From contig JBAZRJ010000001.1 in NCBI GenBank assembly GCA_041662985.1, positions 4,667 through 68,666 on the forward strand: a stretch of 64,000 nucleotides of DNA, in the 5' to 3' direction. The stretch's first letter is position 1. The number at the start of each line of letters is the position of its first letter. The notes under the pieces were generated by a model. That model made no database searches. It was not told the DNA's origin and was given only the letters and a program-made list of their open reading frames with translations. A program made the translations under genes and the position numbers. Of this stretch, positions 27,581 to 37,918 are shown in pieces. The DNA comes from Clostridia bacterium. Lineage in GTDB: Bacteria; Bacillota; Clostridia; Acetivibrionales; JBAZRJ01.

Positions 27581-28819
27581 TCAATAGTGTTTTAATATCC
27601 AAAGCCTTATCATATCAAGTGAATTCATCGCTGACAATTTTCTTATTTTCTGCCTGTCGCCGATTAAATTAAGTTCTCTTATGTCCAAAGAACTCGAGTC
27701 TGTAAGCGCGATGTAAACAAGACCAACAGGCTTATCTTCTGTAGCGCCTGCAGGGCCGGCTATTCCCGTTATACTGACTCCGATATCGGTGTTGAATTTT
27801 TCTTTCGCGCCGATTGCCATTTCAACGGCGGACTCTCTGCTGACAGCACCAAAATTACTGATTGTATTCCGACTGACATTGAGAAAATTGATTTTTGAGT
27901 CATTGCTGTAACACACAATGCTTCCCATAAAAATTTTCGAAATGCCCGGAACATCTGTTATCAAAGAAGATAAAAGACCACCGGTACATGATTCCGCAAT
28001 TGAAAGTGTAATGTTGTTTCTAATCAACAAGTCTCCTACGACCTGCTCCAGGTTCAAATTGTCAGTTGAATAAATGTTTTTCCCAAACCTTTTTTCAAAT
28101 TCATCTATAATCGGATTTAATAATAAAGATGCGTCTTCGCCATTTGAAACCTGTGCGGTAACTCTAACAGTAACTTCTCCGTCTTTTGCATATGTTGCAA
28201 TTGTCGGATTGGAAGATTTGGCAATCAAATCTTCGACTTTTGTTTCAACAAATGATTCGCCCAACCCAAAAATTTTAATAAATTTCGAAACGATTTGGAT
28301 GTCCGATTTATCCTTTAAATAAGGCATAACGGTATCGTCAAACATTGGGATCATTTCTTTTGGAGGTCCGGGCAGCATAATTATTGTCTTACCGTCCTCT
28401 TCAATAATGCATCCCGGGGCCGTACCGTTGCTGTTTTCAATGATTTTGGAATTATCCGGTAAAAAAGCCTGCTTTTTATTGCTTTCAACCATTTCTTTGT
28501 TAACTTTTCTGAAATGATCTTCAATTCGCTTTAGAGTTTCAGGATGAACGACAAGCTTTCTGCCCATTGCAGCGGCGACGGTTTCTTTGGTTAAATCGTC
28601 CTGAGTCGGACCTAACCCGCCGGTCATTATCACCAGATCAGATCTGCTCAAAGCGATATCAAGAGCTGATTTGAGCCTTTTTGGATTGTCACCGACAACA
28701 CTTTGAAAATAGACGCAAATTCCTGCTTCAGGAAGCCTGCTTGATATATATTGAGTATTCGAATTTAAAATCTGGCCCATTAAAAGCTCGGTGCCAACCG
28801 ATAATATTTCTGCAATCAT
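27581..28819 (-). CDS. cinA: competence/damage-inducible protein CinA (MoCF-like domain plus PncC NMN deamidase domain)
   Basis: MIAEILSVGTELLMGQILNSNTQYIS N-terminus, C-terminal IAESCTGGLL. 412 aa. Confidence 0.92.
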   Translation of the reverse strand: MIAEILSVGTELLMGQILNSNTQYISSRLPEAGICVYFQSVVGDNPKRLKSALDIALSRSDLVIMTGGLGPTQDDLTKETVAAAMGRKLVVHPETLKRIEDHFRKVNKEMVESNKKQAFLPDNSKIIENSNGTAPGCIIEEDGKTIIMLPGPPKEMIPMFDDTVMPYLKDKSDIQIVSKFIKIFGLGESFVETKVEDLIAKSSNPTIATYAKDGEVTVRVTAQVSNGEDASLLLNPIIDEFEKRFGKNIYSTDNLNLEQVVGDLLIRNNITLSIAESCTGGLLSSLITDVPGISKIFMGSIVCYSNDSKINFLNVSRNTISNFGAVSRESAVEMAIGAKEKFNTDIGVSITGIAGPAGATEDKPVGLVYIALTDSSSLDIRELNLIGDRQKIRKLSAMNSLDMIRLWILKHY

Positions 28820-28822
28820 ATT

Positions 28823-29254
28823 CTATAACCTGTAAACATCGGATGAACTTAATACCTTAACACCTGAATTTTCAAGAACCTGTACTGCTTTTTCCGGGTT
28901 TTCAACCCTCAAAATCACAAGAGCCACGTTTTCTCGTTTTCCCACAAAAGCGTACATATATTCAATGCTAATTAAATTTTTATCGAGGATTTCAAGTGCG
29001 CCGGAGAGTCCTCCCGGTTTATCAATTACAGAGATTGCTATTACACTTGTACAGCTGACTGTGAAACTTTCTTTCTTCAAAACATATTCTGCTTTCTGAG
29101 GGTCGCTTACAATTAATCTTAAAATGCCAAAATCTGTTGTATCTGCAATGGATAATGCGCTGATATCAATGTTGTTTTCTCCCAATAATCTTGTAATTTC
29201 GGCCAGCCTTCCGGACTTATTTTCGATAAACACTGAGATTTGTTTTACCAACAT
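28823..29254 (-). CDS. tandem ACT-domain protein (small-molecule-binding regulator often paired with PaaK-like ligases)
   Basis: Two ACT-like repeats (QISVFIENKSGRLAEIT and ISVIDKPGGLSGALEIL). ATG 29254 lies 8 nt after AGGAGG. Confidence 0.82.
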   Translation of the reverse strand: MLVKQISVFIENKSGRLAEITRLLGENNIDISALSIADTTDFGILRLIVSDPQKAEYVLKKESFTVSCTSVIAISVIDKPGGLSGALEILDKNLISIEYMYAFVGKRENVALVILRVENPEKAVQVLENSGVKVLSSSDVYRL

Positions 29255-29275
29255 AATCAAAACCTCCTAAATATA

Positions 29276-30577
29276 TTATATTTTTCTGTTATCAATAACC
29301 CTTTTAGCTTTGCCTTCACTTCTTACAATTGATTTTGGTTCGACCAATGAAACTTTTGCGCTGATGCTTAGAGTTCCTTCAAGTGCATGTCTGATTTTCT
29401 TTTCAAGTTCTTCAATTTGCCTGACTTCATCGGAGAATAATCCTTGTGTCATTTCAACCTTAACTTCAAGTTCATCAAGCATACCTTTTCTTTCAACTAT
29501 CAACTGATAGTTCGGTGTGGTTTCACCAAATTCCAAAAGAACACTTTCGATTTGTGAAGGAAATACATTGATGCCTCTGATTATAAGCATATCATCGCTT
29601 CTTCCGCAGACTCGTTCCATTCTTACACTTGTTCTTCCACATGCGCATTTTCCGTAATTTAACGATGAAATATCGCGGGTGCGGTATCTAATAAGAGGAA
29701 TGCCCTCTTTTGTAATTGTAGTAAAGACCAGTTCGCCGATTGAGCCCGGAGGAAGAACTTCTTCGGTATCGGGATTGATTATCTCCGGGTAGAAATGATC
29801 TTCCTGAACATGAAGACCGTCATGACACTCACAGCCCGATGAAACACCGGGACCAATTATCTCGCTCAGTCCATAAATATCAATTGCAAGAATGCCTAAC
29901 CTGTCCTCTATTTCTTTTCTCATATTTTCCGACCACGGCTCTGCGCCGAAGCAACCGCCGGTGAGTTTCAACTCGCTTTTTTTAATGCCGGCCTCTTCAA
30001 TCTCTTCAGCCATATATAAAGCATATGAAGGTGTGCATGCTAAAATGGTTGTGCCGAAATCTTTCATTATTTGAATCTGTCTTTTTGTATTTCCTACCGA
30101 AGCTGGAATTACGGAGGCACCTATTCTTTCAGCGCCATAATGCGCGCCGAGACCGCCGGTAAAAAGTCCATAACCATATGCAACCTGGACAAATGAGTTT
30201 TTATCCGTACCGGCTGAAGCTAGTGTTCTTGCCATGACCTCTGACCAGGTGTCGATATCTTTTCTTGTATAGCCCACCACTATTTGCTTTCCCGTTGTAC
30301 CTGATGATGCATGTAATCTGACGATTTCGCTCAGCGGTGTGGCAAACAATCCATAAGGATATGTATCGCGTAAATCTTGTTTGTAGCTGTAAGGAAGCTT
30401 TTTGATGTCGTCAATTGACTTAATATCACATATTTCGACGCCGTTTTTTTTCATTTTTTCACGATAAAAAGGCACACTTGAATAAACCTTATTAACCGTA
30501 TTGATAAGTCTTTCCGTCTGAACATTGGTCATTTGTTCTCTTGACATACATTCATAAGTATTATCCCAGCATTTCAT
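29276..30577 (-). CDS. phenylacetate-CoA ligase family (PaaK-like adenylate-forming enzyme), copy 1
   Basis: [19 protein letters not shown], a YGLSE motif and a C-terminal GKAKRVID tail. ATG 30577 follows GGGGGTG. Confidence 0.9.
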   Translation of the reverse strand: MKCWDNTYECMSREQMTNVQTERLINTVNKVYSSVPFYREKMKKNGVEICDIKSIDDIKKLPYSYKQDLRDTYPYGLFATPLSEIVRLHASSGTTGKQIVVGYTRKDIDTWSEVMARTLASAGTDKNSFVQVAYGYGLFTGGLGAHYGAERIGASVIPASVGNTKRQIQIMKDFGTTILACTPSYALYMAEEIEEAGIKKSELKLTGGCFGAEPWSENMRKEIEDRLGILAIDIYGLSEIIGPGVSSGCECHDGLHVQEDHFYPEIINPDTEEVLPPGSIGELVFTTITKEGIPLIRYRTRDISSLNYGKCACGRTSVRMERVCGRSDDMLIIRGINVFPSQIESVLLEFGETTPNYQLIVERKGMLDELEVKVEMTQGLFSDEVRQIEELEKKIRHALEGTLSISAKVSLVEPKSIVRSEGKAKRVIDNRKI

Positions 30578-30619
30578 TGATAAACACCCCCGATTATAGA
30601 TTGTTAACATCCAATAAAA

Positions 30620-31192
30620 TTATAATGAATAACCTGCCTCAAATGCTTTAATATTTACGTCAATATATTTATCGGGAATAATATCCCGCATTGAGTTAAT
30701 CCAAATGCTTTTATCGACATTGACCGAAGCTGCCATGCATCCCAGCAAAACCATATTAACAGACTTAATATTGCCGCACTCTTTCGCTATTCCTAAAGCA
30801 TCAACTGCAACTGTGTTGCTGTATATATTCTTGATTTGCTTGATTATATTATCGGGATAATTCATTTTTCCCGTGATAACAGGCATCGGATCGATTTTTT
30901 GCGTATTAATTATCATTTTGCCGTTTTCCCTTAAATAACCAATCCATCTCATGGCCTCCAATTGTTCAAACGCAATTATTATATCAGCTTCGTATTTTTC
31001 GATTAACGGTGAATAAATTTTTGCACCTATTTTAACATAGGTTACGACACTGCCGCCTCTTTGGGACATACCGTGGACTTCAGAAACCTTTACATCATTA
31101 TTGTCCTGCAATCCCACATTTCCTAAAATACGACTTGCCAGAAGGGTTCCCTGGCCGCCGACGCCAACAAGCATTATATTAAGGTTAATCAT
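30620..31192 (-). CDS. iorB: indolepyruvate ferredoxin oxidoreductase, beta subunit
   Basis: MINLNIMLVGVGGQGTLLASRILG (POR gamma-type domain). The start overlaps the iorA end by 8 nt. Confidence 0.9.
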   Translation of the reverse strand: MINLNIMLVGVGGQGTLLASRILGNVGLQDNNDVKVSEVHGMSQRGGSVVTYVKIGAKIYSPLIEKYEADIIIAFEQLEAMRWIGYLRENGKMIINTQKIDPMPVITGKMNYPDNIIKQIKNIYSNTVAVDALGIAKECGNIKSVNMVLLGCMAASVNVDKSIWINSMRDIIPDKYIDVNIKAFEAGYSL

Positions 31193-32933
31193 TTTTGCCA
31201 CCGACCCTTTCAAAACAATCAAACTTACAAACATCGGAGCATAATTCACACCCTATACACATGGTTTCATTAATTTCTGTATTGTCCCCTTTGTTGACTA
31301 TAGCAGGGCATCCGATTGCCAAACACATTTTACAGGATTTGCACTTATCTTTGTTTATTTTCATCGGTCCGTCATATTTGACATGTTTCAATAATGCACA
31401 CGGACTTTGGGAAATAATCACTGAAGGCTCATCCACTGCCAATTCCTCTTTTAATACTTTTTCAAACTCACTTGTATCAAAGGGATTGGTAACTCTAACT
31501 CTTTCAATGCCAACAGCATTTGCCAATTTAACGAAATCAACCTTTTTTGTCGGTTCATTTTTTATTGTAAAACCGGTCGAAGGATTTTGCTGGTGACCCG
31601 TCATTCCCGTAATTGAATTGTCAAGTATTATTACGGTTGAATTACCTTTATTGTAAACAACATCGATTAAACCCGTTATTCCGGAATGAATGAATGTCGA
31701 ATCGCCCAAAATTGCGACTGTCTTCTTTGAAAAGCTTCTTCCCCTTGCTTTTTCCATGCCATGCGCAACACCGATGCTTGCGCCCATACAAATGCAGGTA
31801 TCCATCGCATCTGTCGGTGACAGTGCTCCGAGTGTATAGCACCCGATATCACCGCTGACAGTTAGTTTTAGCTTTTTCAGCACATAAAACATACCCCTGT
31901 GAGGGCATCCGGCACACATTACCGGAGGTCTTGGAGGTATAACTTGATTTATCAATACTTCCTCATCCGAACACCTTTTATTGTATAAGTTTTCTTTTAG
32001 AATTTGTGAGCTGAATTCTCCGATTCTCGGAAGTAAATCTTTTCCGATAACATGTATTCCATACTGCTTGACTATATTTTCAATAAAAGGCTCCAATTCT
32101 TCGATAACAAAAATCTTTTTTACTTCTTTTGCAAAAGTTCTAATCAGTGTTTCTGAAATTGGATAAATCATACCAAGTTTTAGATATGATACATTACCAA
32201 ACGCTTCACGCGCGTACTGGTAAGAAATGCCGCTTGTTATTATACCAATATCGCGACTTCCAAGTATTATTTCATTTAAATCGGTTTTATGTGAATATTC
32301 GGTTAGAAATTCCATTCTCTTTTCAACTTCAACATGTCTTTTACGAGCCATCGCAGGCATCATAACATATTTATCCGTATCTTTTTTATACTCGTTTAAT
32401 TCGATGTCTTGCTTTTCTCCTGTCTCAACGATACTTCGTGAATGTGCAATCCTTGTGGTAAGCCTTAATATAACAGGGCAGTCATAATTTTCGCTCATTT
32501 CAAAAGCGCGAAGTATAAAGTCCTTACATTCTTTGCTGTCAGATGGTTCTAGCATAGGAACCCTGGCAGATAAGGCATAATAGCGGCTGTCCTGTTCGTT
32601 TTGAGAGCTGTGCATCCCGGGATCATCTGCAACTACAATAACAAGTCCTGCGTTGATTCCGGTGTAAGAAGCAGTAAAAAGAGGATCCGCAGCGACATTA
32701 AGACCAACATGTTTCATTGAACAAATTGATCTGCCGCCGGCAATCGCAGAACCGATAGCAACTTCAAGGGCTACCTTTTCATTTGGAGACCATTCCGTAT
32801 ATATATCATCGTATTTTGAAATGTTTTCAGTTATCTCTGTGCTTGGTGTTCCCGGATATGCAGTTGCAACTCTAACTCCGGCTTCATAAGCTCCGCGCGC
32901 AACGGCTTCGTTGCCGAGCAATAATTTCTTCAT
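31185..32933 (-). CDS. iorA: indolepyruvate ferredoxin oxidoreductase, alpha subunit (TPP and 2x[4Fe-4S])
   Basis: GNEAVARGAYEAGVRVATAYPGTPSTEI and the TPP motif GDSTFIHSG. C-terminal CKSCKMC...CP and CIGCELCSDVC. ATG 32933 follows GGAGG. Confidence 0.92.
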   Translation of the reverse strand: MKKLLLGNEAVARGAYEAGVRVATAYPGTPSTEITENISKYDDIYTEWSPNEKVALEVAIGSAIAGGRSICSMKHVGLNVAADPLFTASYTGINAGLVIVVADDPGMHSSQNEQDSRYYALSARVPMLEPSDSKECKDFILRAFEMSENYDCPVILRLTTRIAHSRSIVETGEKQDIELNEYKKDTDKYVMMPAMARKRHVEVEKRMEFLTEYSHKTDLNEIILGSRDIGIITSGISYQYAREAFGNVSYLKLGMIYPISETLIRTFAKEVKKIFVIEELEPFIENIVKQYGIHVIGKDLLPRIGEFSSQILKENLYNKRCSDEEVLINQVIPPRPPVMCAGCPHRGMFYVLKKLKLTVSGDIGCYTLGALSPTDAMDTCICMGASIGVAHGMEKARGRSFSKKTVAILGDSTFIHSGITGLIDVVYNKGNSTVIILDNSITGMTGHQQNPSTGFTIKNEPTKKVDFVKLANAVGIERVRVTNPFDTSEFEKVLKEELAVDEPSVIISQSPCALLKHVKYDGPMKINKDKCKSCKMCLAIGCPAIVNKGDNTEINETMCIGCELCSDVCKFDCFERVGGKND

Positions 32934-33063
32934 TATGTACGTTTCCTCCGTAAAAAAAGAATATATGTTTGTAACCATTATAGAATAATAAGCTGTTAAT
33001 GTAAATGTTCATATACTCTGATTTTTAAATATTTATATTGATATATAATCTGTTCTATTAAAT

Positions 33064-34371
33064 TTATTCATAATCTTTTTCCCGCAGGTCAATAACTCTT
33101 TTTGCCTTACCGAGTGAGCGCTCAATCGATTTTGGCTCAACCAGTTTAACATTTGCATCAATCTGTAATACTGTTCTTAAGTTATGACGGATTTTCTTAT
33201 TCAGGTTTTCCAATTCACTGAACTTGTCAAGAAGCTTTTCATCGACCAATTCGACATGAACTTCAACTTCATCCATAAAACTTTTTTTTCTTACAATAAT
33301 CTGATAATTTGTTCCAATCTGATCCATACCTATTAAAACGCCTTCGATTTGTGAAGGAAAAACATTGACACCTCTTATTATAAGCATATCGTCACATCTG
33401 CCGAAAACCTTATCCATTCTGGATGTCGTTCTGCCGCATTTGCATGGTTCGGAATTCAAAACAGTAATGTCCTTTGTTCTGTACCGAAGAATAGGTATTC
33501 CTTCTTTTGAAATGGTGGTGATGACTAATTCGCCCTTTTCTCCATAATCAAGTTTTTTACCTGTGTCAGGGTCAATTATTTCAGAAATAAAGAAGTCATC
33601 ACAAATATGCATTCCTGAATGTTCAAGACATTCGCCTGAAAAACCCGGACCGCCAACTTCACTTAACCCGTAGTTTTCGGTATCTTCAATACCCCATCTT
33701 TTTTCAATTTCTCTGCGCATTGAATCAGAGTGACCTTCTCCCCCAAACAATCCAAGTCTGAGTTTTAAGGAGCTTCTTTTTATTCCCAGTTCCTGTGCAA
33801 TTTCGGATAAATGTAAAACGTAAGACGGAGTTCCCACAATTATTGTGGATCCGAAATCCTGCATAAGCATAAGCTGTCTTTCCGAATTTCCGCTTGATGC
33901 CGGTATTACTGATATCCCTACCTTTTCCAATCCGTAGTGCAATCCAAAACCGCCTGTAAAAAGGCCGTAACCAAAAACAACCTGAGCAATATCTTCATCG
34001 CTGCCGCCCGCGGCAAGTACGAATCGAGCGATTTGTTCGGACCATATGTCAAGGTCTTTCCGGGTATAACCTACAACAATCGGTTTACCGGTTGTACCTG
34101 AGGACGCATGTATTCTGACGATATCTTTCAAGGGGGTTGCGAACATTTTATAAGGATAGTTGTCTCTCAGATCATTTTTTGTTGTAAAAGGTATTTTTTC
34201 TATATCCTTCAGCGTCCTAATATGTTCGGGTTTCAGTCCAATGCTGTCAAACCTTGCCTTGTAAAACGGAACCGTCTCATAGGTTTTTTTGACAGTATGC
34301 CGAAGTCTTTCCAATTGTATTGATTCCATATCCTTTTTTGTTGCGCATTCAATTTCCTTATTCCAGATCAT
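33064..34371 (-). CDS. phenylacetate-CoA ligase family (PaaK-like), copy 2
   Basis: Clear paralog of 29276-30577, sharing runs [18 protein letters not shown] and [14 protein letters not shown]. Confidence 0.9.
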   Translation of the reverse strand: MIWNKEIECATKKDMESIQLERLRHTVKKTYETVPFYKARFDSIGLKPEHIRTLKDIEKIPFTTKNDLRDNYPYKMFATPLKDIVRIHASSGTTGKPIVVGYTRKDLDIWSEQIARFVLAAGGSDEDIAQVVFGYGLFTGGFGLHYGLEKVGISVIPASSGNSERQLMLMQDFGSTIIVGTPSYVLHLSEIAQELGIKRSSLKLRLGLFGGEGHSDSMRREIEKRWGIEDTENYGLSEVGGPGFSGECLEHSGMHICDDFFISEIIDPDTGKKLDYGEKGELVITTISKEGIPILRYRTKDITVLNSEPCKCGRTTSRMDKVFGRCDDMLIIRGVNVFPSQIEGVLIGMDQIGTNYQIIVRKKSFMDEVEVHVELVDEKLLDKFSELENLNKKIRHNLRTVLQIDANVKLVEPKSIERSLGKAKRVIDLREKDYE

Positions 34372-34382
34372 AAAAACATCCC

Positions 34383-36032
34383 CTATATTATTTTAATATT
34401 AAGAGCCAAAAGTATTATTGTATATACTGCCGTAACCGCGCAAAGTCCGATTGAAAAAACAAAAGCAATTTTAATAACCTTGTTTTCTTCTCCCATTTTA
34501 TCTATTGATGCTGCGGCGTTTTGTAATTTTGCGGGAGAAATGACACTGGCAAGACCGCTTCCAAAGGCCAATGCAGCTGCAATTATAATTATTGAGGTAA
34601 TACTAAAACCGAGTTTACCTGATGTTTGCATTGCGTAAGTTGAGAACATTGCAATCGCCGATGCTTCGCTTCCCGTAATAAAACCGCCGAATAATCCTAT
34701 GAAGGTTGCAAACCCCGAATAAGCATGCTGAAATAATTGAGCCGACGAATCAGCAAGAACTTTGACCATATTGATTCCGCCGTCAAGTATATTTACTTGT
34801 TTTGCAATATTATTAACAAATTTTGTGCCGATTTGATATCCGGTGAAATTTGACATATTCATTATCTCACCGATTGCAAAAAATATTGCAGCAGAAAATA
34901 CGGGCCTTGGTGCACGTTTCCACCAAATCTTCATGGTATCTTTTAACTGCCGGGCAGTTGGACGGATAAATGCCATAGAAAGAATTATACTTACGAATAT
35001 CCAAGTGTATGCATTCCATAGCGCCCTTGTTTTTATCGGTAAACCGTCAGGACTTAAGCCGCTGACAGGCAGCAGTAAGTCGAAATAGAGATAATTGTAA
35101 ATTGACTTCGGAAGATTCAGAGCAAGGATTACAACTATTAGTATTATCCATGGAATAAAAGCTTTCCAAAGCGGATATTTTTTTTCATATTCAAGTTCTT
35201 CTTGTGTGAGCCTGCTTTTATCAATTACTTTCTTTCCCGTTACCAAAAGATATATTATCATTGTAAAGATAACTGCTATACCGCATAAGACACCGGTAAG
35301 GGCCACTAAATTATCAACTCTGTTGGTAAAATATGCAACTGCTGTGATGACTCCGCCGGTTATAATACAAGGAAGCCATCCTTCTCTTATTGCCTTCATT
35401 CTGCCAACTATCCATAACATGCAAAATCCTATCAGTGTTGAGACAATCGGAATGAACAGAAAGAATACACTTCCTACCTGGGATGGTGTTAATTCATGAC
35501 CGACACCTAAAAAACGGTTTGCAAAATCAATAAAAGCAACCAAAGGCGCTCCGAGCAAAGCATAGGTGCAGAGTGAATCATAACCTATTGCCGGCAGTGC
35601 TATTGCAACATATGTAGAGTATCCCATTGCAATAAGAATCGGCGGGAGCAGTGATACCGGTGTGGCACCGACTGCAACCATTAATGTGCCAAATCCTATA
35701 TTAATCATCATTATCTGTACAGCCCTGTTTTCACATGCGATTGTTTTAATAAAGATGATAATCCTTTTTAATGCTCCCGTTTTCTCCATGTAAGCCATTT
35801 GTAAAAGCGAGGTCGCTACGATTAAAGAAACAGGGAATGATCTTATTATTCCTGAGATGGTTGAACGAAAGATTACTTCGATGGAAGTTTTAAAAAACAG
35901 GATGGCTATTATTGAAATTGCTATCCATCCGACAATGCCGCTGAGATCGGCAGGTTTTTTCCAGAGAATCAGCATACATAATATTATTGCGATTGGCAGT
36001 AACGTAAGCAGAACTGACATGATTTGAGACAT
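34383..36032 (-). CDS. LctP-family (L-lactate/2-hydroxyacid) permease homolog
   Basis: 549 aa polytopic membrane protein with an LctP-like N-terminus and length. Stop lies 11 nt upstream of the paaK copy 2 start codon. Confidence 0.8.
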   Translation of the reverse strand: MSQIMSVLLTLLPIAIILCMLILWKKPADLSGIVGWIAISIIAILFFKTSIEVIFRSTISGIIRSFPVSLIVATSLLQMAYMEKTGALKRIIIFIKTIACENRAVQIMMINIGFGTLMVAVGATPVSLLPPILIAMGYSTYVAIALPAIGYDSLCTYALLGAPLVAFIDFANRFLGVGHELTPSQVGSVFFLFIPIVSTLIGFCMLWIVGRMKAIREGWLPCIITGGVITAVAYFTNRVDNLVALTGVLCGIAVIFTMIIYLLVTGKKVIDKSRLTQEELEYEKKYPLWKAFIPWIILIVVILALNLPKSIYNYLYFDLLLPVSGLSPDGLPIKTRALWNAYTWIFVSIILSMAFIRPTARQLKDTMKIWWKRAPRPVFSAAIFFAIGEIMNMSNFTGYQIGTKFVNNIAKQVNILDGGINMVKVLADSSAQLFQHAYSGFATFIGLFGGFITGSEASAIAMFSTYAMQTSGKLGFSITSIIIIAAALAFGSGLASVISPAKLQNAAASIDKMGEENKVIKIAFVFSIGLCAVTAVYTIILLALNIKII

Positions 36033-36198
36033 TATCGTAATCCTCTCTTTTTTTTAAGCAGTATTCACTTCAAAAAAAATGTCACAAACAACCATTGATA
36101 ATATTTTGTCATTCTTTAATATAATATATCAAGCAATAAAAAAAATAAAGCGGTTTTTTATCCACTCTATTTTCACTCTATTTTATATTCAATTCATT

Positions 36199-37824
36199 TT
36201 ATTTTTCCTTTTCGGACATGATTTCTTCGAGACTTTTTAGCTTTAAATTAATTTTTTCAATTTTTCCCTTGTCTTTTTCACCCTTGTAATTATTTTTCAC
36301 TGATTCGGACAGTTTATCAAATCTATTTTTCAAGTTATCAATCAGAGTTATTGCGTCCGTTACCTCTTTTACATTTTTCACGACAGGGATTGAGGCATTT
36401 TCCGAAAATGCATCAGCTGAAATTGTATACGAATTTCCTAAATCCGGTGTTACAGTTTCAACATTGAACTTGTTCGAAATTGTCTTTGAAAAGTCGGCTA
36501 TTACATTTTCTTCACCATGAATTACGAAGATTTTGCATGGCATATTTTTAAATCCGCCAATCCAATCCATGAGACCTTCCATATCGGCATGTCCTGAAAA
36601 TCCTTCAATTGTTTCGATTTTTGCTTTTACAGAAATATCTTCGCCGAATATCTTTACGTTTTTTTCGCCGTCGGCAAGTCTTCTGCCGAGAGTTCCAAGA
36701 GCCTGATATCCGACAAAAACAATTGAGCTTTCCTTTCTCCACAGATTATGCTTCAAATGATGTTTTATCCTTCCGGCATCGCACATTCCACTCGCTGAAA
36801 TTATAATAGAACTTTGCTTAATGTTGTTTAATTCTTTGGATTCATCTGCGGTTCTTGTGAATTGGAGACCCGGAAAATCGAGCGGATTATCGCCGTTTTT
36901 AATATATTCCTGCGCTTCTTCATCAAAACAGTCAATGTTTTTTCTAAAAATTTCGGTAGCCGAAATTGCAAGAGGGCTGTCAATATAAACGGGGATAGTG
37001 AACAATTTTTTCATTTTTTCATCATATTTATATCTTTTTTTATTTAAGTCATATATGATTTCTTGTGTTCTGCCGATTGCGAATGAAGGTATGATAATAT
37101 TTCCTCCCCTTTCAATTGTATCAAGGATGATATCTACAAAGCGTTCAACCTTGTCATCCATATCTTCATGCAGTTTATTACCGTAAGTAGATTCTATTAC
37201 AAGAAAATCAGTGCTTTCTATCAATGAACGATCACGTAGAAGAGGCATATCTCTGTTTCCCAAATCCCCCGTAAAAACTATCTTTGAGGTTTTTCCGTCT
37301 TCTTTGATCCAAATTTCAATAATGGCAGAGCCGAGTATATGACCGGCATCGTTGAATTTTGCGGTGACTTCATCGTTTATTTTTATTTCCTCAAAATATT
37401 TAACCGGTTTAAAAAGTTTTTGGCAATCTACAGCATCTTGCAGTGTGTATAAAGGAGCGATAGGGGGTTTCCCGGCACGCTGTCTTTTCCTGTTATCCCA
37501 TTCGTTTTCCGTTTCTTGAATATGACCGCTATCCGGCAACATGATTCCGCATAATTCTACCGTGGGCTTTGTCGCAATGATTTCTCCGTTAAAGCCGTCT
37601 TTGTATAATTTTGGAATACGACCGCTATGATCAATATGCGCGTGGGTTAATAAGACAAAATCTATCTCTCCGGGCTTAAATTGAAAGGGTTCCTCATTTA
37701 TCTCGTTGTCCTTTGCTCTTCCCTGAAACATTCCACAGTCTACCAGAAACTTATGGCTTTTTGTTTCAACCAGAAAACAAGATCCGGTAACTGTTTTTGC
37801 GGCACCTAAAAAAGTAATTTTCAT
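36199..37824 (-). CDS. MBL-fold beta-CASP RNA-metabolising hydrolase with a C-terminal coiled-coil extension
   Basis: LLTHAHIDHSG (HxHxDH), beta-CASP and RMMBL-like region (SGHAD, VIHGE), K/E-rich C-terminal ~90 aa. ATG 37824 follows GGAGGG. Confidence 0.87.
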   Translation of the reverse strand: MKITFLGAAKTVTGSCFLVETKSHKFLVDCGMFQGRAKDNEINEEPFQFKPGEIDFVLLTHAHIDHSGRIPKLYKDGFNGEIIATKPTVELCGIMLPDSGHIQETENEWDNRKRQRAGKPPIAPLYTLQDAVDCQKLFKPVKYFEEIKINDEVTAKFNDAGHILGSAIIEIWIKEDGKTSKIVFTGDLGNRDMPLLRDRSLIESTDFLVIESTYGNKLHEDMDDKVERFVDIILDTIERGGNIIIPSFAIGRTQEIIYDLNKKRYKYDEKMKKLFTIPVYIDSPLAISATEIFRKNIDCFDEEAQEYIKNGDNPLDFPGLQFTRTADESKELNNIKQSSIIISASGMCDAGRIKHHLKHNLWRKESSIVFVGYQALGTLGRRLADGEKNVKIFGEDISVKAKIETIEGFSGHADMEGLMDWIGGFKNMPCKIFVIHGEENVIADFSKTISNKFNVETVTPDLGNSYTISADAFSENASIPVVKNVKEVTDAITLIDNLKNRFDKLSESVKNNYKGEKDKGKIEKINLKLKSLEEIMSEKEK

Positions 37825-37918
37825 TAATGAACCCTCCAAAAGATTAAATTATTTTACACTTTAACTAGTATTACCCCTAATCTCTATTGACTAAAATTTA
37901 ATTTTCAATTGCATATAA

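Noticed and set aside
36163-36184. Tandem direct repeat CACTCTATTTT x2 just after the MBL-nuclease stop, and TCAGTCAAT x2 at 15301-15323 between nifU and mnmA
   Set aside because: There are only two short copies each, with no spacers or array structure, so this is not CRISPR. They are most simply local duplications in AT-rich intergenic DNA; the second contains TTGACT -35-like hexamers on the - strand.
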